A stretch of 64,000 nucleotides of DNA, taken from positions 77,996,001-78,060,000 of the forward strand of contig OZ024740.1 in the NCBI GenBank assembly GCA_964016885.1. The letters run 5' to 3'. The notes under the pieces are model-generated. The model had not been told where the DNA came from. It did not search any database and was given only the letters and a program-made list of their open reading frames with translations. The stretch is from Eledone cirrhosa. Taxonomy: Eukaryota. Positions 27,320-39,690 of this stretch are shown piece by piece. Position 1 is the first letter of the stretch. Each line of letters opens with the position of its first letter. The translations under genes were made by a program, and so were the position numbers.

Positions 27320-27682
27320 GATAGCGAGAGAGGGCTCTTCAGTTGAGTCAATGACACCTTTTCTAGTGCCAGTGCCACAATATATGCACCCAGTACACTG
27401 TAACAGGGTTGATGATAGGAAGAGCATCTAGTCATAGAAAAGTAGTCAAATTTGCCCAGTCCACACTGTAGAGTGGTTGTGTAGGTGACACGGCAAAAAG
27501 CACCCTGTCCACACTGTAAATGTGGTTGGCATTAAGAAGGGCACCCAGCTGCAGAAACCAAGCCAGAAACAGTTCTGTATGAGTAAGACATAGTCATCTG
27601 ATCTGGCTTATCTCATAGCGGGACAACTCGTCTAAACCATACTAGCATGGAAAAATGGATGTTAAACGGTGATGATGATGAT
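27320..27682 (+). mobile_element. RTE 3' UTR fragment
   Basis: cagtccacactgta...gcatggaaaaatggatgttaaacggtgatgatgat. Confidence 0.7.
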
Positions 27683-27714
27683 ATAGATATATATACATAC
27701 ACAGCCAATTTTCC

Positions 27715-27757
<43 letters not shown>

Positions 27758-27781
27758 GTTGATGATGATGATGATATATAC

Positions 27782-28126
27782 ATACAGCCAATTTTCCACA
27801 CAATACAATTAGTTAGCACCCCAAACGTTTAATTGGGAATATACTCAGGTATTTCCTAATGTTTGTTGAGTGAGTTGGAATTTGGCATTTGGCCGGAGTA
27901 TCGCTTTTAGCTTTCTCCAGGGGTCCGGGTAAATTTTCAATACCCGAATTACTTGATCGTTTTTTTGGCTATGCGAATGATTGTTTAACCATCGTCTCAG
28001 TGTGTTTGGCCTTTAACGTTTGTTATAGCTCTGGTTCATCTGATTCATTGAGCACTGGTCTCACATCTCGGAGGTTGTTTTTCGTTATTTCGTGGGCCGA
28101 AATGCGAATCTCGATAATTTATGTTT
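27782..28126 (-). mobile_element. Penelope-like terminal fragment, right arm of the inverted pair plus ~90 bp extra
   Basis: Inverted copy of 21488-21732 with a 7-bp duplication (atttggc). The minus strand begins with codons KHKLSRF, reminiscent of PLE ORF C-termini. Bounded by dinucleotide tracts. Confidence 0.6.
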
Positions 28127-28193
28127 ATATATATATATAGTGAAAGAATGAAGAGTAATATGGTTGGCTGTACAACAAGGGGCTTTATTTCAG

Positions 28194-28305
28194 GTATTGA
28201 CAATTGTTTCATTGATCAGTTGAGTCTAGAGGTTGCTAATCGCTCGAAGTTGTGTCACTCGATCTCCATTACATTATTTACCTCTGACTAACTCATCAGA
28301 GTACT
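28194..28305 (-). ncRNA. Type I hammerhead ribozyme motif with extended stem II, in a ~210-bp cassette between (TA)n tracts
   Basis: Minus strand: gtact-CTGATGA-GTTAGTCAGAGGT...ACCTCTAGACTCAAC-tgatcaat-GAAAC-AATT-GTC-aatac. The palindromic AATT loop 3 is typical of minimal Penelope-associated hammerheads. Confidence 0.6.
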
Positions 28306-28347
28306 CACAACCTCTAACTGGATTACCTATAACGATAACTTGTTACC

Positions 28348-28398
<51 letters not shown>

Positions 28399-28669
28399 CA
28401 TACACATACACACATCTTTGCACATAAAAACAAGATGGAAGATGTGCCATTTAGCTGAGGAAGCTTACTCTCCTCAAGTTCTGCTTTGTTATTTGTAAGT
28501 AAATTGTGTTCACCATACATACGTGCATATATCTGTAACCTATATATACATATAAATCGTATATATTTATCATCAGTTACTGAAATACTCAATGACCAGT
28601 TTTACATCTGACTTGGGCCTATTACTAGCTTTACATGAATCCCTGTTTGTGTGTGTGTATATATATTTC

Positions 28670-28880
28670 ATGATCATCATCATTTAACATCTATTTTTCA
28701 CACTACCATGGGTTAGATAAATTGTCCTGAAGTGAGACAAGTCAAATCAGGTGACCATGTCTTGCTAATACAGAACTATTTCTAGCTTAGTTTCTATGGC
28801 TGGACACTCTTCCCCAACTCCAGCCACATTTACTGTGTGGACTGGGTGCCTTTTGTTATGTCACCAACATAACCACTTTA
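28670..28880 (-). mobile_element. RTE 3' UTR fragment
   Basis: catcatcatttaacatc...cacatttactgtgtggactgggtg. Confidence 0.7.
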
Positions 28881-29027
28881 TTTATATATATATAAATACA
28901 CACATACATTATATTACATATATATACATACAAATATTCTACACTTAAACATGTATTGAATTCTACCCTGGTTTGTGAACTTCCTGCTCACCCTACAAAC
29001 TGTGAAGACATCTCTCTCTCTCTCGTG

Positions 29028-29695
29028 TCGGTGACACAACAAAAAGCACCCAGTCCACACTGTAAAAGTGGTCGTGTAGGAGACACAACAAAAAGCACCC
29101 AGTCCACACTGTAAAAGTGGTCTTGTAGTAGACACAACAAAAAGCACCCAGTCCACACTGTAAAGTGGTCGTGTAGGAGACACAACAAAAAGCACCCAGT
29201 CCACACTGTAAAGTGGTCATGTAGGAGACACAACAAAAAGCACCCAGTCCACACTGTAACGTGGTTGTGTAGGAGACACGGTAAAAAGGCTCCCAGTCCA
29301 CACTGTAAAGTGGTCATGTAGGAGACACAACAAAAAGCACCCAGTCCACACTGTAACGTGGTTGTGTAGGAGACACGGTAAAAAGGCTCCCAGTCCACAC
29401 TGTAAAGTGGTTATGTAGGAGACACAACAAAAAGCACCCAGTCCACACTGTAACGTGGTTGTGTAGGAGACACAGTAAAAAGGCTCCCAGTCCACACTGT
29501 AAAGTGGTCATGTAGGAGACACAACAAAAAGCACCCAGTCCACACTGTAACGTGGTTGTGTAGGAGACACGGTAAAAAGGCTCCCAGTCCACACTGTAAA
29601 GTGGTCATGTAGGAGACACAACAAAAAGCACCCAGTCCACACTGTAACGTGGTTGTGTAGGAGACACGGTAAAAAGGCTCCCAGTCCACACTGTA
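29028..29695 (+). repeat. Minisatellite of ~14 x 48/49-bp units (97-bp dimer period) derived from the RTE 3' UTR
   Basis: Unit gacacaacaaaaagcacccagtccacactgtaaagtggtcatgtagga; ORF starts at 29301/29398/29495/29592 show the 97-bp period. Confidence 0.92.
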
Positions 29696-29851
29696 AATGT
29701 GGTTGGTGTTAGGAAGGATATCCAGCCGTAGAAAACATGCCAGAGACAGTTCCATACAAGCGAGACACGGTCTCCCGACCAATCCCGCATCAAATGGAAC
29801 AAAACCATCTAACCCATGCTAGCGTGGAAGATGGACGTTAAATGATGATGA

Positions 29852-29853
<2 letters not shown>
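29680..29853 (+). mobile_element. RTE 3' terminus continuing from the minisatellite, (GAT)n tail
   Basis: tgtaaatgtggttggtgttaggaagg...ggacgttaaatgatgatgatgat. Confidence 0.85.
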
Positions 29854-29911
<58 letters not shown>

Positions 29912-30469
29912 GGGGGGGGGGGGGCAGCAACAAACTCCCTTTTGCATCAATAGCCAACCAAGTAAAGCTGGCTGTAGCATCAATGGTGGTGCCCCAGCAT
30001 GACCTCAGCCTGTTGGCTGAAACACTTATATGTATATGAGAGAGAGAGAGATAGAGAGTTAGAGGGGGGGGGGGGGGGCAAGACATAAACATGTCTATCA
30101 ACATATCAATTTGTTAATGTTTGAAAAACTTTGTATTTTTGTGGTCTTTCATTCAAATTCAAACCTCCACCTACGACTTCAGACATTAAATAAATAAAAA
30201 TATTTTTTAAAAATAACTGAACAAGAAAAAAAAATGAAAGAACTGCCATGAATAAATGAATATTCAATATGTGAATTCAAATGTGTTTATATATATATAT
30301 ATATAACTATGAATGTGTATGTATATATATATATATATGCATTATATATATGCATGATAAAAGACCATTCATGAAAATTACTGAATGAAATTTTTTAAAA
30401 ACTGTTGGTGCTGTTTTTTTGTTAGTCTTCTTATCGTTTTTTTTACTACCTCACCTCTTATTCTTTTTA

Positions 30470-30498
30470 TTATATATATATATATTATATATATATAT

Positions 30499-30529
<31 letters not shown>

Positions 30530-30742
30530 TATATAAATATATATATATATATATATTATTATATAAATATATATATATATATTATATATATATATATTAT
30601 ATATTATTATATAAATATATATATATATATTATATATATATATATTATATATATATATATATATATTATATAATATATATATATTATATAATATATATAT
30701 ATATATATATATTATATAATATATATATATATATATTATATA

Positions 30743-30787
<45 letters not shown>

Positions 30788-30797
30788 ATATATATAT
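30470..30797. repeat. Almost pure A/T (TA)n-derived array
   Basis: Direct reading. Confidence 0.9.
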
Positions 30798-30913
30798 CAC
30801 TGTATGTGGTTGATGGCTGAAAGAAAAGAGTACTTAATACTGAAGTAGAGTTTTATCACTCATTTTATTAAGACTAAATAGTGAGTCTTGTTACTCTGGA
30901 GTTTCGCCTGTTT
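30798..30913 (-). mobile_element. Penelope-like cassette: 3' half of a hammerhead plus conserved tail
   Basis: Minus strand: gcGAA-ACTC-ca-GAGT-A-acaag...aactctacttcagtattaagtac; bounded by (TA)n on both sides. Confidence 0.5.
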
Positions 30914-30916
30914 ATA

Positions 30917-30964
<48 letters not shown>

Positions 30965-30999
30965 TATATATATATAATATGGGTTGGGTTCAGGTAGAG

Positions 31000-31740
31000 A
31001 GAGTGTCCAGATGTCCAACAGCAGCGTTGTTAGGAAAGGACGAGTACACTAGTCCTTGCTTGATTCTCACATTTGACCCCAAGGCCTTTTGCACCTATAC
31101 CTCACCAACTGCTTCTATTGGCAGACTCATATTAGCAAGAACTCGACACTTAGAAGGGAGATGGGTACTGCCAATCATTTCTAGGACCCACTGAAATGCC
31201 ATGATGGAAAAATAACATGGCAGTTAAATTGACGCCTAGAAAACCATAGTCCCCAGTGCCATTGTCCTGTGTGATGGTGTCCACTGTGCAACAGAGTCAA
31301 GAACGACAGTAAAGACACCCACTTCATCAGTCATTAACTTCTTGAAAGAAAATATTGTCTTTAACATGAAGCATCTGCTCCTTGAATGCTTATAGATGGA
31401 GGGAAAAGCTTCAGATTCTCATGGTATGCCTTAGGTATGTCGCCATATCAGGATATAGAGACCAGCCTTTGGAATACCATCAAATGCAGGCCTCTTTCCA
31501 TATCAATAACTTACAGTGCCTTACAAATGGATTATATAATAGGCTATCTGAAGATGTTGTCATGGATTGCATCATGGTATCATGACATAAACATTGCACC
31601 ACAGAAATACGTATTATGGATAATTGTTATGAAATCTAGACTTCATATTGTATCTACCCATGAGATGCCACATCAAAATGGGCAGAAGACACATATCATT
31701 GACTGCTTTTTCTTTATTACACCATGATTTTGTTGATTGA
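31000..31740 (+). pseudogene. Heavily decayed Gypsy-type LTR retrotransposon integrase remnant
   Basis: Fragments IVLCDG, TPTSSVINFLKENIVF, IDGGKSF and QCLTNGLYNRL follow the order of the rve motifs (D...DRG..F...QTNGLxER), with many stops and frameshifts. Confidence 0.5.
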
Positions 31741-31874
31741 GTTGTAGGAGTACTCTAGTGATATACTTGAGTGTTTAAAACATGATGGAGCCCTTCTATT
31801 CTAAACATAGTCGATTTTTTTTCCAGAGAAAGAGGGAGAGAGTGATAGAAAGTGAGAAGGAGATATGGAGGAAG

Positions 31875-32030
31875 AATTGACTCTGGTACTGGATATTTTT
31901 TTTTATCACCCTCAAAAGGTTGAAAAGTAAAGTTGACCCTGCTGGGATTTGTGCTCAGCACAGAGGGCTGGAATGAATACCAAATACTGCAAAGCATTCT
32001 ATTTGACATTCTGATGCCTATTCGGTGCCT
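31875..32030 (-). mobile_element. SINE family A, decayed
   Basis: ctggtact..tttatcaccctcaaaaggttgaaaagtaaagttgacc is the reverse complement of the family A core. Confidence 0.6.
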
Positions 32031-32097
32031 GACATACATATGTGTGTGTGTATATATATATATTCAGTTCGGAACTAGCTGTTGAAACGGCAAGAGC

Positions 32098-32265
32098 TCA
32101 GGGTCGGACGCCATGCTTTGACGTATGGAGTTACGGCCCTTGCCATTCTGAGTTCAAATCCCGCCGAAGTTAACTTTGCCTTTCATCCTTACGGGGTCGA
32201 TAAAATAAAGTACCAGTAATGCACTGGGTAATTGCTGGTTTTGTGCCAAACGTAGAAACAATTAT
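32098..32265 (+). mobile_element. SINE family A
   Basis: gggtcggacgccatgcttt...gagttcaaatcccgccg...gtagaaacaatt. Confidence 0.85.
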
Positions 32266-32414
32266 ATATATATACACACACACAATTTCTTGTTTAACCA
32301 ACCTGAATATATATCTTTTTCTCTCTGTTTCTGTCCACCTCTTTCTATTACTCCATTCACTAAAATCATTCATTCACTACTCTCTCTCTCTTTCTTTCTC
32401 TCTTTCTCACTCTC

Positions 32415-32514
<100 letters not shown>

Positions 32515-32962
32515 CCCACTTCTCCCTCTTACTACACCTGCCATTGAGTAACTGGCCAGCCAACAACCCAGTCAGTCAGCCTGCAGGCTAAGGAAGAGAG
32601 ATAGCCAAATAGATAGACAGGTAGACAGGCCATCAGGCAGGTTGTACAGGAATTGTTAGCTGACCTATATGAAGAGGTTGTAGTAATAGTGGTGGTGGTG
32701 GTGGTAGTAGTAGTTGTGGGTGGTGGTAGTGTATTAGTATTTGTGATGTGGTAATAGCAACAGTGGTAGTTAGTGGTGGCAAAATTTAACTGCTATTTCT
32801 AGCAGATCACGCTTGACTTAGCAGTAGCTTTTTTGTTGGCGTTAATGTATTAGTGTTTATGGTAATGGCAGAGGCTATTACATCCCTTTTGATTTCAACC
32901 CTCCCAAAACAGGCCCCAATTCTATGACGATAAACCTCTCATTTTAAAATATTCATAGTTAA

Positions 32963-33184
32963 CCCTTTAGCATTTACACTACTCTATATAAACTATTGTA
33001 TTTTTTGTGGTAAAGCCTTTATATTACATAGATTTGATATTATGTGAGATATCTATGTGATTTTGATGTTATATATTTTGAGAACAATACTTTAACATCA
33101 GTATGAGCAGCTAGTTACTGCCAGTTTGGACAGAAAGAAGTAAGAAAATTCTAGCCGGATGTGGCCAGTTTAAATGCTAAAGGG
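32963..33184. mobile_element. piggyBac-type MITE with perfect 14-bp TIRs, apparently nested in an older TTAA-type element
   Basis: TTAA|CCCTTTAGCATTTA ... TAAATGCTAAAGGG|TTAA. Confidence 0.85.
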
Positions 33185-33912
33185 TTAAATAAAAAATGTT
33201 ATGGGTGAATATCTTTAACCTATGTACTAAATAGCAGATTAATAATGTTGTTAGTTATTTTAATAAACCATTTCAGATAATGGAATATATCATGTAAATA
33301 TAGTTTAATAGGAAAAGAAAAAGACCGAAAATTTAGATTGAGAAGAATCGAATGTAAAATAGGAAAATATAGAGAAAAAGAGAATAAGAAAAACCTGGAA
33401 GAGGAGGGAATGGCAAGGACTCTAGTGTCACAGGAGAATGTGGAGGGGGAAGGAGTAGATGATTGGGCTCTGGGCCTAGGACGCGGTGGTAGAGGGGCTG
33501 AGCCCTGTGGACAAGACCGCAAAAGAATTCCCGCGGACAATGGCCAGCAACACCCACTGCAACAGCCACCCCACCTCACGGGGCCCCTTCCTCAGACGGG
33601 CCGCCAATGTTCCGATCTTGTGGAGGAGCTCAACTGTATGGGGTCCTATTTACAACATTGAAAAACTGGTGGCATATTTCATTAGAAATATACTAATGAA
33701 AGGATTAAAAACAGTTGACCCTTGCTAAATTTAATTTTGTGTCAAATATTATGTACATGTTCTTGAATGATAAATGATGGTTAAAAGAAACTTAAAACAC
33801 CTATAAAATGTTTAAAATAGCCATGACAAATGCTTCAAAGTCTCAGAGAATATAAAACACTGGATTATATCACCTGCCTCAAAGATTTGTGCAGTTCTAA
33901 AATGGTTAAAAT

Positions 33913-34636
33913 ATGTGTAATAGTAATATACGTGAACGGCAAAGCATAAATGAACTAAGTGAGAAATTAGGAATAAGAGGGATCAGATGCTGTTTACTTG
34001 AGAGAAGACTACGTTGGTATGGTCACGTGATGCGCATGAAAGACGACAGCTGTATAAAAAAGTGCAGGGCGATCAAAATTGATGGTAGTTACGGAGTAGG
34101 TAGACCCAGAAAAACCTAGGACGATCTGATAAATTCCGACCTTACACACTTGCACCTCTATAAGACAATGTCGCTGGACCGAGATCTTTGGCACTACGCA
34201 GTAATACAGAAGACCAGCCTTGCCTATGTACAAAGCGAAACCTACAGTCAGTAGGTACCTCTTAACCAAATATACGCCCCAATCCACTACCCCTACCCTA
34301 CCCTATCCTCCCACTCCCACCAACACCACCCTCTCTCTGTAACATTGGTACCACAACATCCAGTCCAAATAAATGAGATAATGAGATCGAGATCGTGTAA
34401 TCACAAAAAAAAACACAGTCCACGCTGTAATGTGGCCGTGTAGGTAACGCGGTAAAAAGTTCCCAGTTCCACACTGTAAATGTGGTTGGTGTTAGGAAGG
34501 GCATCCAGCCGTAGAAAACCTGCCAGATAGTCCTATATGAGTGAGACACGGTCACCTGACCTACCTTGCCTCAAGTGGGACAACTCCCGTCTAACCCATG
34601 CTAGCGTGGAAGATGCACGTTAAACGAAGATGATGA
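33913..34636 (+). mobile_element. 5'-truncated RTE LINE (RT C-terminus with a premature stop, plus 3' UTR)
   Basis: MCNSNIRERQSINEL...RRLRWYGHVMR...GRPRKT*, highly similar to 11327-12008. Confidence 0.92.
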
Positions 34637-35019
34637 AACTCTAGGTGATGGTGATGTTGGTGGTGGCTGTGATTGTGATGGTGGTAGTGGTGGTGGCAGT
34701 GGTGGTGACGGTGGTGGTAGTGTTGGTGGTAGTGACGGTGGTGTTGGTGGTGATGATATTAGTAGTCACAGGGAAGTTGTTAAGAGAGTAGTAGTAGCAG
34801 TAAAGTCTGTAGCAGTGGTGGCAGTGGTAATGGTGATAATTTTAATCCCTCTCACCCTCACCCTAATGCATCTTCCACCCCCACCACATTACAATTACCA
34901 GCCACCTGAAATGAATACAAGGGCTTCCTTCCATAGCCAACCTGCTTGACTAGTGGATCAAAGAAACCTGATCTTTGAAGTGTATGGGGGAGGGGTAGAA
35001 ATAATGTTGTAGAGCTGAT

Positions 35020-35170
35020 GATGATAGTGGTGGGGGTGATGATAGTCATAGAAATGGTGCTGGTGGTGATAGTCATAGAAACGGTGGTGGTGATGATAGT
35101 CATAGAAATGGTGGTGGTGGTGATAGTTCTAGAAATGGTGGTGGTGGTGATAGTCATAGAAATGGTAGTA
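35020..35170. repeat. 24-bp minisatellite (ggtggtgatagtcatagaaatggt)
   Basis: About six direct copies. Confidence 0.8.
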
Positions 35171-35584
35171 GTGGTGGTGGTGGTGTTGGTATGATGATAT
35201 TGGTGATGATAGTGGTGTTGTTGGTTGTGGTGAAAGTAGGGGTACTGGTGGTAAAAATAGTAATGGTGGTGTTATAGGTGATAGGGATAGCTGAAGTTGT
35301 GGTTAAGATAAACTACCCCCCCCACACACACACACACAAGTCTGCCTCTCTCTCCCTATAATCAACTATAGAGTAGACAGTGAACAAACTGTGAACTCAA
35401 CTGACCTACATATTTCTAGCCCAGGTGAGCCCTGATCCAACAGATATAGGGTCAAAGGCTTTTTTTGTATGGTGATTATATTATCCAATCTATTCTTTTT
35501 CAAGATAATAATGTGTGAATCCAGAAAGATTTGGCTACTATTTACAGCACAAGTAATCATTTATGGGGGGGGGGTATGTGTGTG

Positions 35585-35618
<34 letters not shown>

Positions 35619-35693
35619 TTAGCGGCCACTTTTCCACACTAGCTTGGGCTTTGTTTGATGCTTCAACAATTCTGCCAATTAGTAATAATAATA

Positions 35694-35917
35694 ATAATTG
35701 TTTCTAGCATAAGCACAAGGCCAATAATGTGTGTGTGGTGGTGGTGGTGGTGGGGGGGGGGGGTCGATGAAATCACCCCCATACTTTACTGGCACTTTAT
35801 TTCATCGATCCTGGAAGAATGAAAGGCAAAGCTGACCTCGGTGGAATTTGAACTGAGAACATAAAATGTCATAATTAAATGTTATAAAGCATTTTGTCCA
35901 ATGCTGTAATGATTCCA
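35694..35917 (-). mobile_element. SINE family A
   Basis: aataattgtttcta..gcacaaggcc...gaaaggcaaagctgacctcggtggaatttgaact. Confidence 0.75.
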
Positions 35918-37074
35918 CCTATAATACTTCTTTTTTGTTATGTTTAGTCAGGGATGTAAGAGAAATTCCCTTGACCCTTTCCTTGGCCTCCCAGATGGGA
36001 GTCCTGGTCTGAATACTTGCAACTAAGTGGTCTCTGCTAAAAGCACCTGAGGGTCAGATGGAAGGAAGTGTTAAACTGAGAGATGGAATAAGACTGAAAA
36101 AGTTGATGAGACCATTGGGAACTCATGAAAACAAAAACAACCTTGTCCTCAGTGCTGTCAGTTTTGTGCACCATGCTACATCTTTCACCACAGCCTCTAC
36201 ACAGAGGAAAATTGCTTGCCAATTCTGAGCTGATTTCATGTTATAGACAGGAGGAAGGCACAAATTTATTTTCATGGTCACCTGATCTGGCATTGTTCAC
36301 AACAGGATAACTTGTCTAACCCATACCAGCCTGGAAACATGGATGTTAAACGATGATGATGATGATGACGACAGAAGAGTCGATTGTGATGCCATGTGAC
36401 CCTAGTGGTTAGTGCATTGGACTCATAATAATAATAAGGTCATGGGTTTGATTCCCTGACCGGGTGGTGCATTATATTCTTGAACAAGACGCTCCACGTC
36501 ATAGAACTAGAGACTATCATTACAACACCCAAGAAACCTTCTAAAGCTGCATAAGTGTGAGCTGTAACTTTCATTTCTTTTTTTCAAAATAGTCGATTAG
36601 ATTAAATTAACCCTAAAACATATTTCCTCTGTCAACCCAAGTACGTATTTTATCTAGTGTCACCCAAGGAGGAAATATAAAAGACAACAGTCGACCTTGG
36701 TGGGATTTCAGCTCTGGAACCTTTTTTTTTTTTTTTTTTTTTTTTTTTATCTAGGGGAGCACACAGTTAAATACTGCAAAAAGATAAACAAAAAAAAAAA
36801 GTCATTAAACCAGCAACCATCCATCCAACCCCACTCCGAGGTAGTCAGGCACTCTATGGTTTCTGGCACTCCACCTAATAATAACAACAACAACAATAAG
36901 GATATTCAAATGAACAGCAGCAGTACAAGACTGGAACAAGAAAACCTGCTGTGTACTGCTCCCCCTCATACCCTTCCCCTCCTCCATCTACACCCACCAC
37001 ATAAACAGATAAGTGTTGTCTTGCTGCCCCAATTTTTTCAACTCACCTACTTTAAATATGTCTCTGTATATTAC

Positions 37075-37086
37075 TCTATCTATATG

Positions 37087-37151
<65 letters not shown>

Positions 37152-37312
37152 GTGTCTATTTATATATTGGTCTCTCTCTCTCTCTCTCTCTCTCTCCAAG
37201 CATGAAAAAGTTGATGTAGAAATGATGATGATATAGCTATCTATCTATCTATTCTACTATCTATCTATCATTCTATGTACCTACCTATCTATCTATCATT
37301 CTATGTACCTAC

Positions 37313-37349
<37 letters not shown>

Positions 37350-37405
37350 ATTCTATGTACCTACCTATCTATCTATCTATCTATCTATCCATCTGTCAAT
37401 CTATC
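37075..37405. repeat. (TATC)n compound microsatellite
   Basis: Direct reading. Confidence 0.9.
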
Positions 37406-37670
37406 TTCACTGCCTCTTCACTATCTATCTGTTCCCCACAACTCTCTAATTTGCCTGTCTTGTCTAATTTTCTATTTTCATGGGCTGTTATGGGTGTTTT
37501 CATTTCTATTTTCTTAATTTCCTTTATTCTTTTACATATTTTTTTGTTCTATCTGTGCATATGTGTCTGTATGTGTGTGTTTATACATACACAACCCATG
37601 CCAACATAGAAAACATACATAAACTGATGTTGGTATATATATGCACACACAGTCACCCACACATTATATA

Positions 37671-37856
37671 TGGATTGGCAGTATCAGTAGAGGGTCGGAT
37701 GCCATGCTTTGCAGCAAAGAGTGACGGCCCATTATGATCTGAGTTCAAATCCCGCCAAGGTTAACTTTGCCTTTCATCCTTACGGGGTCGATAAAATAAA
37801 GTACCAGTAATGTACTGGGTAATAACTGAACTTGTGCCAAAAGTAGAAACAATTAT
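37671..37856 (+). mobile_element. SINE family A
   Basis: Full copy with A/B boxes and tail. Confidence 0.85.
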
Positions 37857-37910
37857 ATATATATATATATATCATCATCATCGTTGAACGTCTATCTTCC
37901 ACGCTAGCAT

Positions 37911-37949
<39 letters not shown>

Positions 37950-38513
37950 GATATATATATATGCACACACAGTCACCCACACATTATATATATATCTGCA
38001 CGCATAGTCCACACACATTATATATATATATATATAATGAAGATAGTTGTAATTATGTCAATGGTCCCCAGCCAACGTCTAGCTCACTCAATGAATCTGC
38101 CAAATTGCAGTAATGCAACTGCAACTAGCTGTTCAGAGTGCACACATTTTAGTTAATAGCAGGCACAGTGGTTGTGTTTTAGCAGTATATATATACACAC
38201 ATTAAGAAGGACACCTATCTCTGCAGAAACCAGGCTAAACAAAGAGTTGAGATGATTTCAGTAGTTTCAAGGACATGACAACCCCCCTAGTGCCACTGCC
38301 ATGATAAAATGCAGCTAGTACATTTTGTAAAGGACTGAAACATGAGACGTGGACTCCCAGCCTCTCTGAGATGTCAGTAGCTCCGATTAAGTGACAGCCT
38401 GTCGAACCCATGTCAACATGGAAAAGCAGATGTTAGATGGTGATGATGATGATACATATATTTGATACTGCAACTTACCCCCTCACTCCTTTATAATTTG
38501 TTTCCTTTGAAGC

Positions 38514-39080
38514 GTGGATTGGCAGTATCAGTAGTGTCAGACGCCATGCTTTGCAGCATAGAGTTACGCCCCTTTATGGTCTGAGTTCAAATCCCGCTGA
38601 GGTTAGCTTTGCCTTTCATCCTTACGGGGTCGATAAAATAAAGTACCAGTAATGTACTGGGATAATTGCTGGCCTTGTGCCAAAAGTAGAAACAATTATT
38701 ATTGCTGGCCTTGTGCCTAAATCAGAAACCATTCTTATTTTTAATCATTATATGCACTGGGATAATTGCTGGCCTTGTGCCTAAAGTAGAAACAATTATA
38801 TTACGTCCCTTTACGGTCTGAGTTCAAATCCTGCCATGGTTAACTTTGCCTTTCATCCTTACGGGGTCGATAAAATAAAGTACCAGTAATACACTGGATA
38901 ATTGCTGGCCTTGTGCCAAAAGTAGAAACAATTATATTATTATAGCAGTGAGATTAGTAGAATGGCAGTATTGGTAGGGTGTCAGACATGCTTTGAAGCA
39001 TAGTTACAGCTCTTTACATTATGAGTTCAAATCCCACTGAACTTAGCTTTGCTGTTCATCCTATTGGGATTGATACTGGA
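38514..39080 (+). mobile_element. Cluster of family A SINEs with reiterated 3' ends
   Basis: One full copy, two extra ttgctggccttgtgcctaaa tails, a 5'-truncated copy and a decayed copy, all in tandem. Confidence 0.8.
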
Positions 39081-39129
39081 TAAAAATAATTGGCCTCTTC
39101 ACCTTACAATATATGATAAACCTATACAA

Positions 39130-39690
39130 GGTTCAGAGTTTGTCTTTCTAGGCCATAAACTGTCACGCCTAAATGAAGGTTCTGTTACAGTTTGTCACAG
39201 AATAGGATAGGCTGGGCAACGTTTAAGGAAAATAAGAAACTTAACTTCAAAACAGATCCCTCTTTATATCAAATGTAAAATCTATAACCTGTATGTCCTA
39301 TATGTCCTTTTATGGCATTGAACTGGATCTCATCCCTGATTAGTAAAATAGAGACCTTGCAAAACCATAGTAAGAGGTTCATGACAAACCACAAACTACT
39401 ACTACTTGACCATATAAAAACTGTGGATCTACTAGAAGCTGATAAACTAGTTCATATAATGTACATCATCAAAAGCAAAGTCCTAAAGTTCTTTGGTCAT
39501 GTAAAACGCTCACAAAAGGGTCTTTCTAAAACGTATAAGGAGGGTATGAAAGAAATGAGGTTGGGCCTCCAAGGCACTGAGGAGGTGGTGTCTATAAATG
39601 GTCTGGTTTAAATTTATATAGACTAAATGAAGCCACACAAAATAGGAAAATTTGGAAGAAACTAAGTCATATTAGTGTATAATCTGTCAC
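39130..39690 (+). mobile_element. Decayed RTE-like RT C-terminus
   Basis: RIG.AGQRL, IKCKIYNLYVL, IIKSKVLKFFGHVKRS fragments. Confidence 0.55.

Noticed and set aside
29028-29695. CRISPR-like regularly spaced repeats
   Set aside because: Units are contiguous tandem copies without unique spacers, derive from the RTE 3' UTR, and no cas genes are present in this eukaryotic DNA.
33338-33661. 107-aa ORF with plausible-looking composition
   Set aside because: Overlaps an interspersed repeat also present at 20720-20870; no recognisable domain or convincing splice sites.
36697-37236. 179-aa ORF
   Set aside because: Spans poly-T, poly-A, (AAC)n and (TATC)n tracts; no support as an exon.
38280-38300. 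Second CTCF-like word (ccccctagtgcca)
   Set aside because: Lies at the start of an RTE 3' UTR fragment (similar text at 27360) and matches the consensus only partly.
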